The position numbers and the translations under genes are program-made. DNA of 24,266 nucleotides. Source: a virus (taxonomy: Duplodnaviria; Caudoviricetes). The DNA is taken from positions 1 through 24,266 of the IMG/VR virus record IMGVR_UViG_3300032216_001963. The stretch is one strand, 5' to 3'. Positions 9,337-17,364 of the stretch are shown here, piece by piece. Under the pieces are notes generated by a model. The model had not been told where the DNA came from and made no database searches. It saw nothing but the letters and a program-made list of their open reading frames with translations. Numbering within the stretch: the first letter of the stretch is position 1; each line of letters starts with the position of its first letter.

Positions 9337-9365
9337 TTGACAAGGGCCCAAAACTGTGTTATAAT
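9337..9365 (+). promoter_or_regulatory. Consensus sigma70 (early) promoter with extended -10
   Basis: TTGACA 9337-9342, 17-nt spacer, TGn-TATAAT 9360-9365. Overlaps ATAAATA at 9364-9370. Confidence 0.85.
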
Positions 9366-9392
9366 AAATACATGTATTCGGCGAGGTCCACT

Positions 9393-9542
9393 ATGAAAAT
9401 TGTTGTAAAAATCCCACAGAATCCGCAGCCCCGTGCTCATCGGGTCCTGTTCGATCGCAACTTGCCGTTCCGTGCTCGTGTGGCAAAATCACAGCTGGAA
9501 TATCGTCGTCAACCCAAGCATCGCCATGCGCACCAGGACTAA
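9393..9542 (+). CDS. Small basic protein, ArfA-like (49 aa, not in ORF track)
   Basis: MKIVVKIPQNPQPRAHRVLFDRNLPFRARVAKSQLEYRRQPKHRHAHQD, with GAGG RBS at 9383-9386. First gene after the promoter. Confidence 0.6.
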   Translation: MKIVVKIPQNPQPRAHRVLFDRNLPFRARVAKSQLEYRRQPKHRHAHQD

Positions 9543-9546
9543 GCCT

Positions 9547-9744
9547 ATGCAGGTAAACAGCGTTACCCGTTACAGCAACGAGCACTATCGCTTGATGTCA
9601 GTGCAGCACACTGAGCAGCGTCATGCTGAACAACGAATAGAAGAACGCAGGACCAAAATTCGGCATGAGGTCAGCGAAGCCGAACGGGTCGCACAGAATC
9701 GACGCATGAATCGCGCCGGACAAAACATAGACAAATTCGCCTAA
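9547..9744 (+). CDS. Hypothetical protein (65 aa, C-terminal GQNIDKFA)
   Basis: Start moved to ATG 9547, just after the 9542 stop. Charged helical body. Confidence 0.6.
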   Translation: MQVNSVTRYSNEHYRLMSVQHTEQRHAEQRIEERRTKIRHEVSEAERVAQNRRMNRAGQNIDKFA

Positions 9745-9748
9745 CTCA

Positions 9749-10213
9749 ATGCCAAAATTATACATGTTAGTAGGAGTGCCATGCTCGGGAAAAAGCTCAT
9801 GGCATTGTGACCAAGAATGGCTGCAACATGCTGCCTATGTCAGCACCGATCGCTACGTAGAAGAATACGCCAAGAACATGGGCAAGACCTACAGCGAAGT
9901 GTTCAATGAAGTCATGCCCAAGTGCGTGGAATACATGACTGGAGATGTAGTTCACGCCCGTGAAGCAGGCCAGGATATCGTTTGGGATCAGACCAGTACC
10001 ACTCGTGCCAGCCGTGCCCGTAAGTTTCGCATGCTGCCCGATTACCATGCCATTGCAGTGGTGTTCCGCACCCCACCACGAGATGAATTGGATGTACGAC
10101 TTAGCGGCCGCCCAGGCAAGCACATTCCCAAAACAGTCATTGACAGCATGATCCAAGGTTGGGACGAGCCCGAACTGGAAGAAGGCTTTGAAGAAATATG
10201 GTACGCTGCTTGA
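9749..10213 (+). CDS. P-loop kinase (AAA_33 / polynucleotide kinase-like)
   Basis: LYMLVGVPCSGKSS Walker A, VSTD, IVWDQT, R..R, and C-terminal EEGF. Confidence 0.85.
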   Translation: MPKLYMLVGVPCSGKSSWHCDQEWLQHAAYVSTDRYVEEYAKNMGKTYSEVFNEVMPKCVEYMTGDVVHAREAGQDIVWDQTSTTRASRARKFRMLPDYHAIAVVFRTPPRDELDVRLSGRPGKHIPKTVIDSMIQGWDEPELEEGFEEIWYAA

Positions 10214-10238
10214 CATAGGCGCAGAACACTGTTATAAT
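10210..10238 (+). promoter_or_regulatory. Consensus sigma70 (early) promoter with extended -10
   Basis: TTGACA 10210-10215, 17-nt spacer, TGn-TATAAT 10233-10238. Confidence 0.85.
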
Positions 10239-10263
10239 TGTTTAACCAACCAGGAGAATAGCA

Positions 10264-10500
10264 ATGTACAAAACAGTTTACACCGAAGTGGAAGTTGATG
10301 TCAACATGTCAGAGTTTGACACCGACGACCTGATCGAAGAGTTAGAAGCCCGCGGCTTGGATTACAATACCAAAGGTGTAGATGCCGATGAGATGCGAGT
10401 GTTGCTGGAGTCAATCTGGCACAAGCGTCGACTGGGCAATCCGGATTATCAACGAGAACTGGATCAACTAATCTACGGAGTACTTGGTCGAATCATCTAA
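10264..10500 (+). CDS. Hypothetical phage protein
   Basis: 78 aa, AGGAG RBS, VEVDV...FDTDDLIEELEARG. Confidence 0.75.
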   Translation: MYKTVYTEVEVDVNMSEFDTDDLIEELEARGLDYNTKGVDADEMRVLLESIWHKRRLGNPDYQRELDQLIYGVLGRII

Positions 10501-10513
10501 TACCGGGGTCACT

Positions 10514-10864
10514 ATGACAGGCTGGAACACAATCAAACACATTCGTTCTATTGAAGAACGTGCCGATCAACTGGGCATGAAGTTGGCTCCCTATCGGCAT
10601 GATCACGGGCACGGTGAAAATGTAGCATTGGTCCCAAAAGACAATGACGTATTGCCTATCTACACCCGTGATGCTATTTTGTTTGCTGGGTCATTAGAAG
10701 CAGCCGATCAGTTCATGCAAGGTGTGCTTTGGGCACGAGAATATGACCGCATGGTGGTCGATAAAAACATTGATGCCAAGCGAGCTCGTAAAGAACAAGA
10801 TGAACGCAACAAGCAGTTGGTTCGACGACTATCGGACAAAAAACTAGATTTGGTGGGAACATGA
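10514..10864 (+). CDS. Hypothetical phage protein
   Basis: Start moved to ATG 10514 (MTGWNTIK) to avoid overlap. ATGA coupling to the next gene. Confidence 0.7.
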   Translation: MTGWNTIKHIRSIEERADQLGMKLAPYRHDHGHGENVALVPKDNDVLPIYTRDAILFAGSLEAADQFMQGVLWAREYDRMVVDKNIDAKRARKEQDERNKQLVRRLSDKKLDLVGT

Positions 10865-11271
10865 CGCTAACCGAGCACAGCACCAACCGTCTGCTAGAAA
10901 CTTTTGCGCAGTGGCATGTTGAACATGAATATCACCAGCACGTGACCAGCTATCTAGTACATGGTTTTGACCCAGGTAGCTTTTATACTGCGGTATTTGC
11001 CAACGACTTCGCCGGCGCCATGCGTTCGAGCCATCCCGGTAATCAAGTGGATGGTCTAAAAAATCTAGCAGGGTGGATGCAGGAACGCATGCCACAGGAA
11101 TCCTGGGGCAGTCGTGAAGCAGTTAAACGCTGGCTGGCGCTTGACGAGGCTGAACGTAGAGCTGTACTGGAATATCACCAGCTGGTATATGATACCAAAA
11201 CAGAAATGTGGTTGGTGCTTAAAGATGAGCCAACTACCGATCCCTATGAAGATGAGATATATTGGCCATGA
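10861..11271 (+). CDS. Hypothetical phage protein
   Basis: 136 aa, YLVHGFDPGSFYTAVFAND...PQESWGS. ATGA-coupled on both sides. Confidence 0.7.
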   Translation: MTLTEHSTNRLLETFAQWHVEHEYHQHVTSYLVHGFDPGSFYTAVFANDFAGAMRSSHPGNQVDGLKNLAGWMQERMPQESWGSREAVKRWLALDEAERRAVLEYHQLVYDTKTEMWLVLKDEPTTDPYEDEIYWP

Positions 11272-11498
11272 ATAAGTTACCGCATCTGAGATGGCATCCG
11301 GATCCCACATGCCCGCTGGGTGTTAGTGGTCAAGCAAAATTGGTTGCTGACTACGATCACATGGACCGCAGATATACCAACCAACGTATGCGAACACTGA
11401 TGCGTGAATTAGATCAATTGGCAGTTAGACGTGACTATTTTGTAAGTGAAGATGCATTAGTTGAATTGTATAGAAAACATTTTGGAATTGAAAAATGA
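11268..11498 (+). CDS. Hypothetical protein
   Basis: ATG 11268 overlaps the previous TGA, and the stop overlaps the next ATG. Confidence 0.55.
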   Translation: MNKLPHLRWHPDPTCPLGVSGQAKLVADYDHMDRRYTNQRMRTLMRELDQLAVRRDYFVSEDALVELYRKHFGIEK

Positions 11499-11776
11499 GC
11501 ACTGAAGAAGATAAATTCAAGCATAGCAAGCGTCTACTAAAAGATGAAAATGCCATCAACAAACAATTAAAACTTGCCAAGGAATTTGGAGTTCCTGTCA
11601 AGGAACCACATAAGTTCGCCAAACAGCATGCCCTGGATTGCGGCAACCCGCAGTGCCTGCTATGTTCAAGCGAAAAAGTACTAGGGAAAAAGACCATCAA
11701 AGAACGACGCTTTGAGCAAGATGTAGATACACGAACAGATCGACGCAGTAACGGAGTAGAACCCAATGAAGAATGA
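11495..11776 (+). CDS. Small basic protein with Cys motif (possible Zn-binding)
   Basis: 93 aa, HALDCGNPQCLLC, K/R-rich. Confidence 0.7.
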   Translation: MSTEEDKFKHSKRLLKDENAINKQLKLAKEFGVPVKEPHKFAKQHALDCGNPQCLLCSSEKVLGKKTIKERRFEQDVDTRTDRRSNGVEPNEE

Positions 11777-11954
11777 TCCTGTAAAACAGCGCATGAGCGA
11801 GCTCATGGCACCAATAGATCAACAAATTCTCATGTGCGACACTAGAGAAGACATGCTCATGATGGCATGTGCCATGATGCAGCGCACAAACGAAATATTT
11901 GAATCTCATCTGGGCATTGAGGGTAGGAAACAGATGTACAAGGATCAGGTATGA
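11766..11954 (+). CDS. Hypothetical protein
   Basis: 62 aa, Met-rich, GGAG upstream, ATGA coupling to the next gene. Confidence 0.6.
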   Translation: MKNDPVKQRMSELMAPIDQQILMCDTREDMLMMACAMMQRTNEIFESHLGIEGRKQMYKDQV

Positions 11955-12439
11955 AAATATATTTAGACATGGATGATGTTGTTGCTGATTGGATGGTGGC
12001 AGCTAGAGATATAGTTAAACGCAATTGGAATTACGGCGAACACATACCCGATGAAGATTGGGACAAGGTCAAAGCCAAGGAGCGTTTCTATCGCGACTTG
12101 CCGGTCAAACCCGGTGCTGAGTATCTAGTGGAATACTGCCGTGCAGCAGTTGACGCTGGGAGGGCTGATGGATTGTTCTTCCTGACAGCCCTACCACACG
12201 ACTACAGCGTACCCTATGCAGCACAAGACAAGGTCTGGTGGGCGCACGAACGTTTCCCGGGTATTCCTGTGTTCTTTGGACCATTCAGTCATGACAAATA
12301 CAAGCATTGTCGGCCGGGCGATATCTTGATTGACGACCGTACCAGCAACTGCGTGGAGTGGGAAAATGCAGGCGGACATGCACACATCTATCGCACCTGG
12401 GCAGAATGCCAACCTTGGCTTGAGGCGCAGTTGACATGA
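11951..12439 (+). CDS. HAD-family 5'(3')-deoxyribonucleotidase (NT5C-like)
   Basis: HAD motif I IYLDMDDVVADW, FLTA, K..W, and motif IV ILIDDR..N..EW..AGG. Confidence 0.85.
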   Translation: MKIYLDMDDVVADWMVAARDIVKRNWNYGEHIPDEDWDKVKAKERFYRDLPVKPGAEYLVEYCRAAVDAGRADGLFFLTALPHDYSVPYAAQDKVWWAHERFPGIPVFFGPFSHDKYKHCRPGDILIDDRTSNCVEWENAGGHAHIYRTWAECQPWLEAQLT

Positions 12440-12702
12440 TCAATATTGAGTTCAGTATATCCAATCCTTTCAGTGAAAGATTTGGTCATATACTACTGCG
12501 CCACGGATCTATTACTGGTAATAAATCATGGGAATTCAATATCTATCGTGGCACAAATATCTTCACCATGCTGTTTAGATATACTGCTAGACAAGATCAT
12601 GCTGGTCTGAGACTGCAATTTGGGCTGTTTGGTTACGAGTGCGATCTGCATGTATACGATACACGGCATTGGGACTATAAAGAAAATCGCTGGCACAGAT
12701 AG
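12436..12702 (+). CDS. Hypothetical phage protein
   Basis: 88 aa, aromatic and beta-rich (DHAG...YDTRHWDY), ATGA-coupled. Confidence 0.7.
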   Translation: MINIEFSISNPFSERFGHILLRHGSITGNKSWEFNIYRGTNIFTMLFRYTARQDHAGLRLQFGLFGYECDLHVYDTRHWDYKENRWHR

Positions 12703-12717
12703 ATAGTTAAATACTGT

Positions 12718-12969
12718 GTGGACTTTCAAACAACTGCAAGAGAACTGCTAGACGAGTGGGAACTGTATCGCACAGCCCGTCCTCGCGAGCATGTGCTCAG
12801 CATACAGTTTGATAAAGATCAGCTGGGCAATTGGGCCTTGCAACTGCGCCGGGCCATGATGTGGGGCAGTGCCATTGAACTAGCCGAAGCCTGCTATCAA
12901 TTCGAGCAGCGGCTCACACGTTTCAAAGACAACATAGTGATTGAACTGTTGACAAATGGTTCAGTCTAG
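12718..12969 (+). CDS. Hypothetical protein
   Basis: 83 aa, GTG start 4 nt after TTAAATA (12707-12713). Confidence 0.6.
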   Translation: MDFQTTARELLDEWELYRTARPREHVLSIQFDKDQLGNWALQLRRAMMWGSAIELAEACYQFEQRLTRFKDNIVIELLTNGSV

Positions 12970-12982
12970 ACATAAATACTTT

Positions 12983-14179
12983 ATGTCCGAAATCCGCAAA
13001 TTAATCAACATCGTTAGTGAAGCGCCAGATCCACTAAAGAAGGAAATCATCAACACCGTCAGGAGTATTGATGACGAAACCCTACTGTACAAGGTACTCA
13101 ACACCTTAAAAGCCGGCAACATAGAAGAACGCATAGCCAGTGTGATTGGTCACGATGCCGATGCCAAGGCATTCTTAGAGCGCATAACAGAAATCATCGT
13201 AAAAATTCCCGCACCTGTTGAAGAAAAGAATGCCTTCTTGGATCAGTATTCAAAGGGCATAATCAACACCAAGTTGTTGCTCGGTGGCAAAGCTAACAAT
13301 TTCCTACAACTAGTTGGCGGCAATAATTTTGCCAAAGAACTGTTTAAAATATTAAGCACCACCCTGGTATCACAGGGTGTAGGTCCTGGCGAAGTTGCCT
13401 TGGCGGTACTGAGTCCAGAGATCAAGTGGAGTGGCCGTGCAGTAGGTGGCGGTGACGTACAAATTGGCAAGCTGGCAGTAGAAGTTAAAACCAGTGTCAG
13501 CAGCGGCGGCCGCTGGATCAATGCACGTAAAGCTAGAATGAACATGGCTGGCATTGAACAAGCCATTGTTGATGCCGAAATTGAAACCCTTAAAAAGGTC
13601 TACAAACAGAAAAATCCCATGCCCATGGGCTTGCCGGCTCGCCTGAATCCCGAATACTGGGTCACCAAGGTGCGTCCGCAAATTGATCCCAAGTTCCTAG
13701 AAGACTGTGTTGAGCACATGGCCAATGGGCTGTTTAATCACGTGGACAATTCACAGTATCAAACTGCGCTGTATAATGGTAGTGCTGCTGAAATCAAGGA
13801 AGCCATCCTTGCTGTGGGATTTGAAAACTACAAAGCCTACTCACACTTTGACGGTATCTTGATGATGGACGTGGGTAGTGAAACAGCACGTTACTTTAAA
13901 GACTATGACAGCATGGCAGGTAGTATCAAGTCGGACACTCCTTATATCTACGCACCAGAAGCCGAAGGCATGCCCAAGGTATCTCTAATGCCAGTCGAAG
14001 GCGTTAGTGCCACACCTGCCAAAGGCAAAGGCAAGCCCGGTTCGGTACCAGCACAGGACGACACGCCGGCAGCAATGAAGAATCCCGAAGCCAGCATGAG
14101 TGCCGATGATATAGCACCAGACGCACCTGCTGAGCCCAAACCACTAGCAGATCGAATAGGTAGACGCAAAAGAGCTTGA
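12983..14179 (+). CDS. Putative PD-(D/E)xK nuclease-fold protein
   Basis: Start moved to ATG 12983 after ATAAATA 12972-12978. GVGPGEVAL...GGDVQIGKLAVEVKT fits E...D...ExK. N-terminus MSEIRKLINIVSE, low-complexity tail. Confidence 0.55.
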   Translation: MSEIRKLINIVSEAPDPLKKEIINTVRSIDDETLLYKVLNTLKAGNIEERIASVIGHDADAKAFLERITEIIVKIPAPVEEKNAFLDQYSKGIINTKLLLGGKANNFLQLVGGNNFAKELFKILSTTLVSQGVGPGEVALAVLSPEIKWSGRAVGGGDVQIGKLAVEVKTSVSSGGRWINARKARMNMAGIEQAIVDAEIETLKKVYKQKNPMPMGLPARLNPEYWVTKVRPQIDPKFLEDCVEHMANGLFNHVDNSQYQTALYNGSAAEIKEAILAVGFENYKAYSHFDGILMMDVGSETARYFKDYDSMAGSIKSDTPYIYAPEAEGMPKVSLMPVEGVSATPAKGKGKPGSVPAQDDTPAAMKNPEASMSADDIAPDAPAEPKPLADRIGRRKRA

Positions 14180-14204
14180 CAACCAGCTAGCGTTCTAGTA
14201 CAAT
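14176..14204 (+). promoter_or_regulatory. sigma70 promoter upstream of the tRNA
   Basis: TTGACA 14176-14181, 17-nt spacer, TACAAT 14199-14204. Confidence 0.75.
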
Positions 14205-14213
14205 AGACTTAAT

Positions 14214-14290
14214 GCGTTGATAGCTCAGTTGGTTAGAGCAAGCGACTCATAATCGCTGGGTCACAGGTTCGAGCCCTGTTCGACGCACCA
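14214..14290 (+). tRNA. tRNA with CAU anticodon (elongator Met or Ile2), CCA encoded
   Basis: Acceptor GCGTTGA/TCGACGC, D arm GCTC-AGTTGGTTA-GAGC, anticodon arm AGCGA-CTCATAA-TCGCT (CAT 14248-14250), T arm ACAGG-TTCGAGC-CCTGT, ACCA end. Confidence 0.95.
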
Positions 14291-14302
14291 TTTACTTATA
14301 AA

Positions 14303-14848
14303 ATGAACATTTATACCATAAATGATTTATCCAATGTCAAGGTAATAGAAATCTTAAAAAAAGAGTTCAGTCAAATAACTGACCCTGACATAATCTCCAA
14401 CTACCACCCCGACTATGCCCACGTACCGGGCAATTTGTTCTACATACTAGAGCAAGGCCGTTACCTAGTAGGAAAATATTACGTGATAGTTGATGCTGAC
14501 GATAAATTCGTTGCCAGCGCAGGGTGGAATCGTTACGAACTTGATCATACTGTTGCTCTGCTGCTGACCAGGATGTATGTGAGTCCGCAGCACAGAACAC
14601 AATATTACATAGGTAATCTAGTGTTACCAAACATGTTGGTAGAAGCTGCCGATTACCAGCATAAATGGATCACTTGCAACGAGCACAACAGCATGATCTA
14701 CCAATGGTTTTATAGAGCATCGCAGGGCCGTCGCACCACCATGTTTACCAATTGGCCCGATATCTACAAAAAATTCAAGCCAATTGGTAAAAAGACTATA
14801 TACTATACAGAGCAATATGTTGCCAAATTTAATGAGACCATGACATGA
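14303..14848 (+). CDS. GNAT-fold N-acyltransferase
   Basis: YYVIVD..KFVASAGW...LLTRMYVSPQHR matches GNAT beta strands and motif A. Confidence 0.65.
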   Translation: MNIYTINDLSNVKVIEILKKEFSQITDPDIISNYHPDYAHVPGNLFYILEQGRYLVGKYYVIVDADDKFVASAGWNRYELDHTVALLLTRMYVSPQHRTQYYIGNLVLPNMLVEAADYQHKWITCNEHNSMIYQWFYRASQGRRTTMFTNWPDIYKKFKPIGKKTIYYTEQYVAKFNETMT

Positions 14849-15060
14849 CTGATGATGAAAAAATAAAATTTATCGAAGACGCTATACTGCAAGTAACTAA
14901 GAAATCAATAAAAATAAAACCAGAGGACCGACTACTAGATCTAACTCTGGATTCTCTTGATATTGTAGAGCTGGTGATGTATTACGAAGACAAGATCGGT
15001 ATTGAGCTAGATCCAGAAGTTAGGGTCATGACAGTCAATGATATGATGGTGTTGATGTAA
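14845..15060 (+). CDS. Acyl carrier protein
   Basis: 71 aa, acidic, LDLTLDSLDIVEL with the phosphopantetheine site Ser37, then EDKIGIEL and TVND. Confidence 0.9.
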   Translation: MTDDEKIKFIEDAILQVTKKSIKIKPEDRLLDLTLDSLDIVELVMYYEDKIGIELDPEVRVMTVNDMMVLM

Positions 15061-15998
15061 TGAATTTTACGCATAATAATCATTTAACCTATAGCATTGG
15101 TGATAGATTATTTGGTGTTAGGGAAACGCCTTACGAAAAATTTAAGGTCGCCGCGGGCAAAATTGATCTTGAATACTATAAAACCAGTAACTGGTTAAAT
15201 GAGCAGTATCGCACAGCCGCTATCATATCGCAAGAATTTGGTAAAGATCTGGTGTTGATGTTTAGTGGGGGAACCGACAGTGAAATTTGTCTCCGTGCCT
15301 TGCTGCATATTGGAATAAAACCCAGAACTGTATTCATTAAATTCAAAAATAATTATAATTTAGGTGATTATACGATAGCTCAACAAATTGCCGACGAACT
15401 TGATATAGAATTAGAAATTGCAGAAATTGATGTAATCGACTTTTACCGCAGCGGACAAGCATACGAACTAGCAGGCGAAATTCATTGCCGGCAAATAGCA
15501 TACCTGACAGTATATAAAACTATTTTGGATATGCAAATGCCAGCAGTTATGGGGGGAGAAATGTTGCTAAGGCGGCACGTTGATCCTATTGGCAGCAAAT
15601 GGTATTATTGTTTTAGGGAAAACGAAGATGCTAGTGCCATGCGTTTTGGGTTGAAATACAATATCCCACTAGTCAATGAGTGGTTTAGTTACACACCTGA
15701 GATGATGGGCTATTACATCGAGCATCCATCGATACAACGACTAATAACTGAAAGATTTAATTATAAGTTGGCTAGTGTTAGTTCTAAAAACGCCATACTA
15801 CGAACACTAATGCCGGCAATAGTTGATAAAGTGAAAACACACGGTTACGAGAATCTAATGGGATTCAATGGCGAGACTTATAGAAGATTAAATCAAAGTC
15901 ATGTTAAGAGGTTAGCATCCAACTTAGATGGCATTTTTATTGATGAATTAATGATTCAATTATTTGGAGAAGATTATGTCGGTGGTCAAGCTCGATAG
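15060..15998 (+). CDS. PP-loop (adenine nucleotide alpha-hydrolase) ATPase, asparagine-synthetase-like or amide ligase
   Basis: VLMFSGGTDSE PP-loop, AQQIADELDIEL, and C-terminal K.ILR...K.K.HGYE. No glutaminase domain. Confidence 0.7.
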   Translation: MNFTHNNHLTYSIGDRLFGVRETPYEKFKVAAGKIDLEYYKTSNWLNEQYRTAAIISQEFGKDLVLMFSGGTDSEICLRALLHIGIKPRTVFIKFKNNYNLGDYTIAQQIADELDIELEIAEIDVIDFYRSGQAYELAGEIHCRQIAYLTVYKTILDMQMPAVMGGEMLLRRHVDPIGSKWYYCFRENEDASAMRFGLKYNIPLVNEWFSYTPEMMGYYIEHPSIQRLITERFNYKLASVSSKNAILRTLMPAIVDKVKTHGYENLMGFNGETYRRLNQSHVKRLASNLDGIFIDELMIQLFGEDYVGGQAR

Positions 15999-16575
15999 TT
16001 CGCATGCAGAAGCAGTCAAGGGCCTGTTTCAATCTAAAAAATATATGGGTGTTGATATCAACAGCCCCGATTTTGCCAACAACGGCAATGGTGAAATATT
16101 CAATGCAACATTGTATAACATTTTTAGCTCTAACTATCTTGGAGGATTGGAAGACTTTCATGCATATGGCTATTTAGAAAACGACCAAGTGGTTGCACTT
16201 ATTTCTTTTTATGAGAGTCACGAAGAGCCCGCCTGGTATTACACCATATATCGCAGCAGCGGCGACAATAATAAATTAAGAGATGTGCTTGATGCAGTAA
16301 TAGCCCACAATGAAGCTAAAGGTAGGTTAAAATTTTATACTTTGGTACATCAAGCGCACAGCAAGCTGCTGAGAAGATTTCATTGGAGTAAATACAATAA
16401 CGACAGGTACGGATACTTTGATGAATTTCTAGTTCCTAGTAAGAACAAATGTTTTTATACTAACTCATGGGAATTACTGTTCAAGAGATTTCTAGTGCCC
16501 AAGGATAGTGTAGTACGCTGTAACTATTTAAAGCAAGAATATAGAACAGTCTTGCCAATTGGCGGTAATTTGTAA
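15976..16575 (+). CDS. Hypothetical protein, possible second GNAT-like fold
   Basis: ATG 15976 with GGAG RBS. MSVVKLDSSHAEAVKGLF...HAYGYLENDQVVALISF follows the GNAT N-terminal pattern, but motif A is weak. Confidence 0.5.
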   Translation: MSVVKLDSSHAEAVKGLFQSKKYMGVDINSPDFANNGNGEIFNATLYNIFSSNYLGGLEDFHAYGYLENDQVVALISFYESHEEPAWYYTIYRSSGDNNKLRDVLDAVIAHNEAKGRLKFYTLVHQAHSKLLRRFHWSKYNNDRYGYFDEFLVPSKNKCFYTNSWELLFKRFLVPKDSVVRCNYLKQEYRTVLPIGGNL

Positions 16576-17363
16576 TGTTTAAAAATATATCTAAGTCATT
16601 TTGGTTTCAATTTGTCCCGGGCATGCTATTGGGATTCATAACCATATTCCTACTGGCAACAGGAGTTATTCCTGCTTACTATCTAATTGCTACGTTTATC
16701 ATGTGGATACTAGTATGCGGACTTGGGATAGCAGTGGGATATCATAGGATTTTTAGTCATAGGGCAATCAGTTTACCTACTTGGAAAGAAAATATAATAT
16801 TATTCTTTGCCACATTTGCAGGACAAGGTGCCAGCATATTTTGGGTAGCATTGCACCGCGGATACCATCATCCCTATTCTGACACAGAAAAAGATATACA
16901 CAGTCCCATAGCCTATAACAAGTATCAGGCATTTGTTGGTTGGTATCATAAAATCACTGAGGCATCAAATTTTATAAATTTAAAGTATGCAGTCGACCTA
17001 CTAAGAAAACCCAATCATATATGGTTCCACAAACATCATTTGACTATACTTTGGGGTGTTCCTTTGCTAGTAGCATTAGTAGATTGGCGGCTGGCACTGA
17101 CTGCTTTTTGTCTAGTTACCTGCATAGGACTCACACAGGATAATCTAGTCAATGTATTTGGGCACTACCGGGGCTGGTTTGGTTACAGGAACTTTGATAC
17201 TAGAGATAACAGCCAAAATAATTTTATACTGGGCTATCTTGCATGGGGGCAAGGTTGGCACAACAATCATCACCATGCTCCGGGATCTTTTGATTTCGGA
17301 TCAGGTGTGAGTAAAAACTGGTGGGAGTGGGACCCTGCTAGGATTTTTAAACCATTCTTATAA
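16575..17363 (+). CDS. Membrane fatty acid desaturase (delta-9/OLE1-like)
   Basis: Three His boxes HRIFSH, HRGYHH and GWHNNHH, hydrophobic segments, and WWEWDP. Confidence 0.93.
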   Translation: MFKNISKSFWFQFVPGMLLGFITIFLLATGVIPAYYLIATFIMWILVCGLGIAVGYHRIFSHRAISLPTWKENIILFFATFAGQGASIFWVALHRGYHHPYSDTEKDIHSPIAYNKYQAFVGWYHKITEASNFINLKYAVDLLRKPNHIWFHKHHLTILWGVPLLVALVDWRLALTAFCLVTCIGLTQDNLVNVFGHYRGWFGYRNFDTRDNSQNNFILGYLAWGQGWHNNHHHAPGSFDFGSGVSKNWWEWDPARIFKPFL

Positions 17364-17364
17364 C

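Noticed and set aside
9433-9546. ORF-track 5' extension of the 9433-9744 ORF
   Set aside because: It overlaps the better-supported 9393-9542 gene. ATG 9547 directly follows that gene's stop.
14260-14290. att-site duplication or integrase-mediated island at the tRNA
   Set aside because: No second copy of the tRNA 3' end was noticed and no integrase is in the window. It cannot be excluded beyond the right edge.
15060-15998. Calling the PP-loop protein TilS, QueC or a true asparagine synthetase
   Set aside because: Only the generic SGGxDS motif is evident. I see no TilS-specific H...D..ET motif, no QueC Cys cluster and no N-terminal glutaminase domain.
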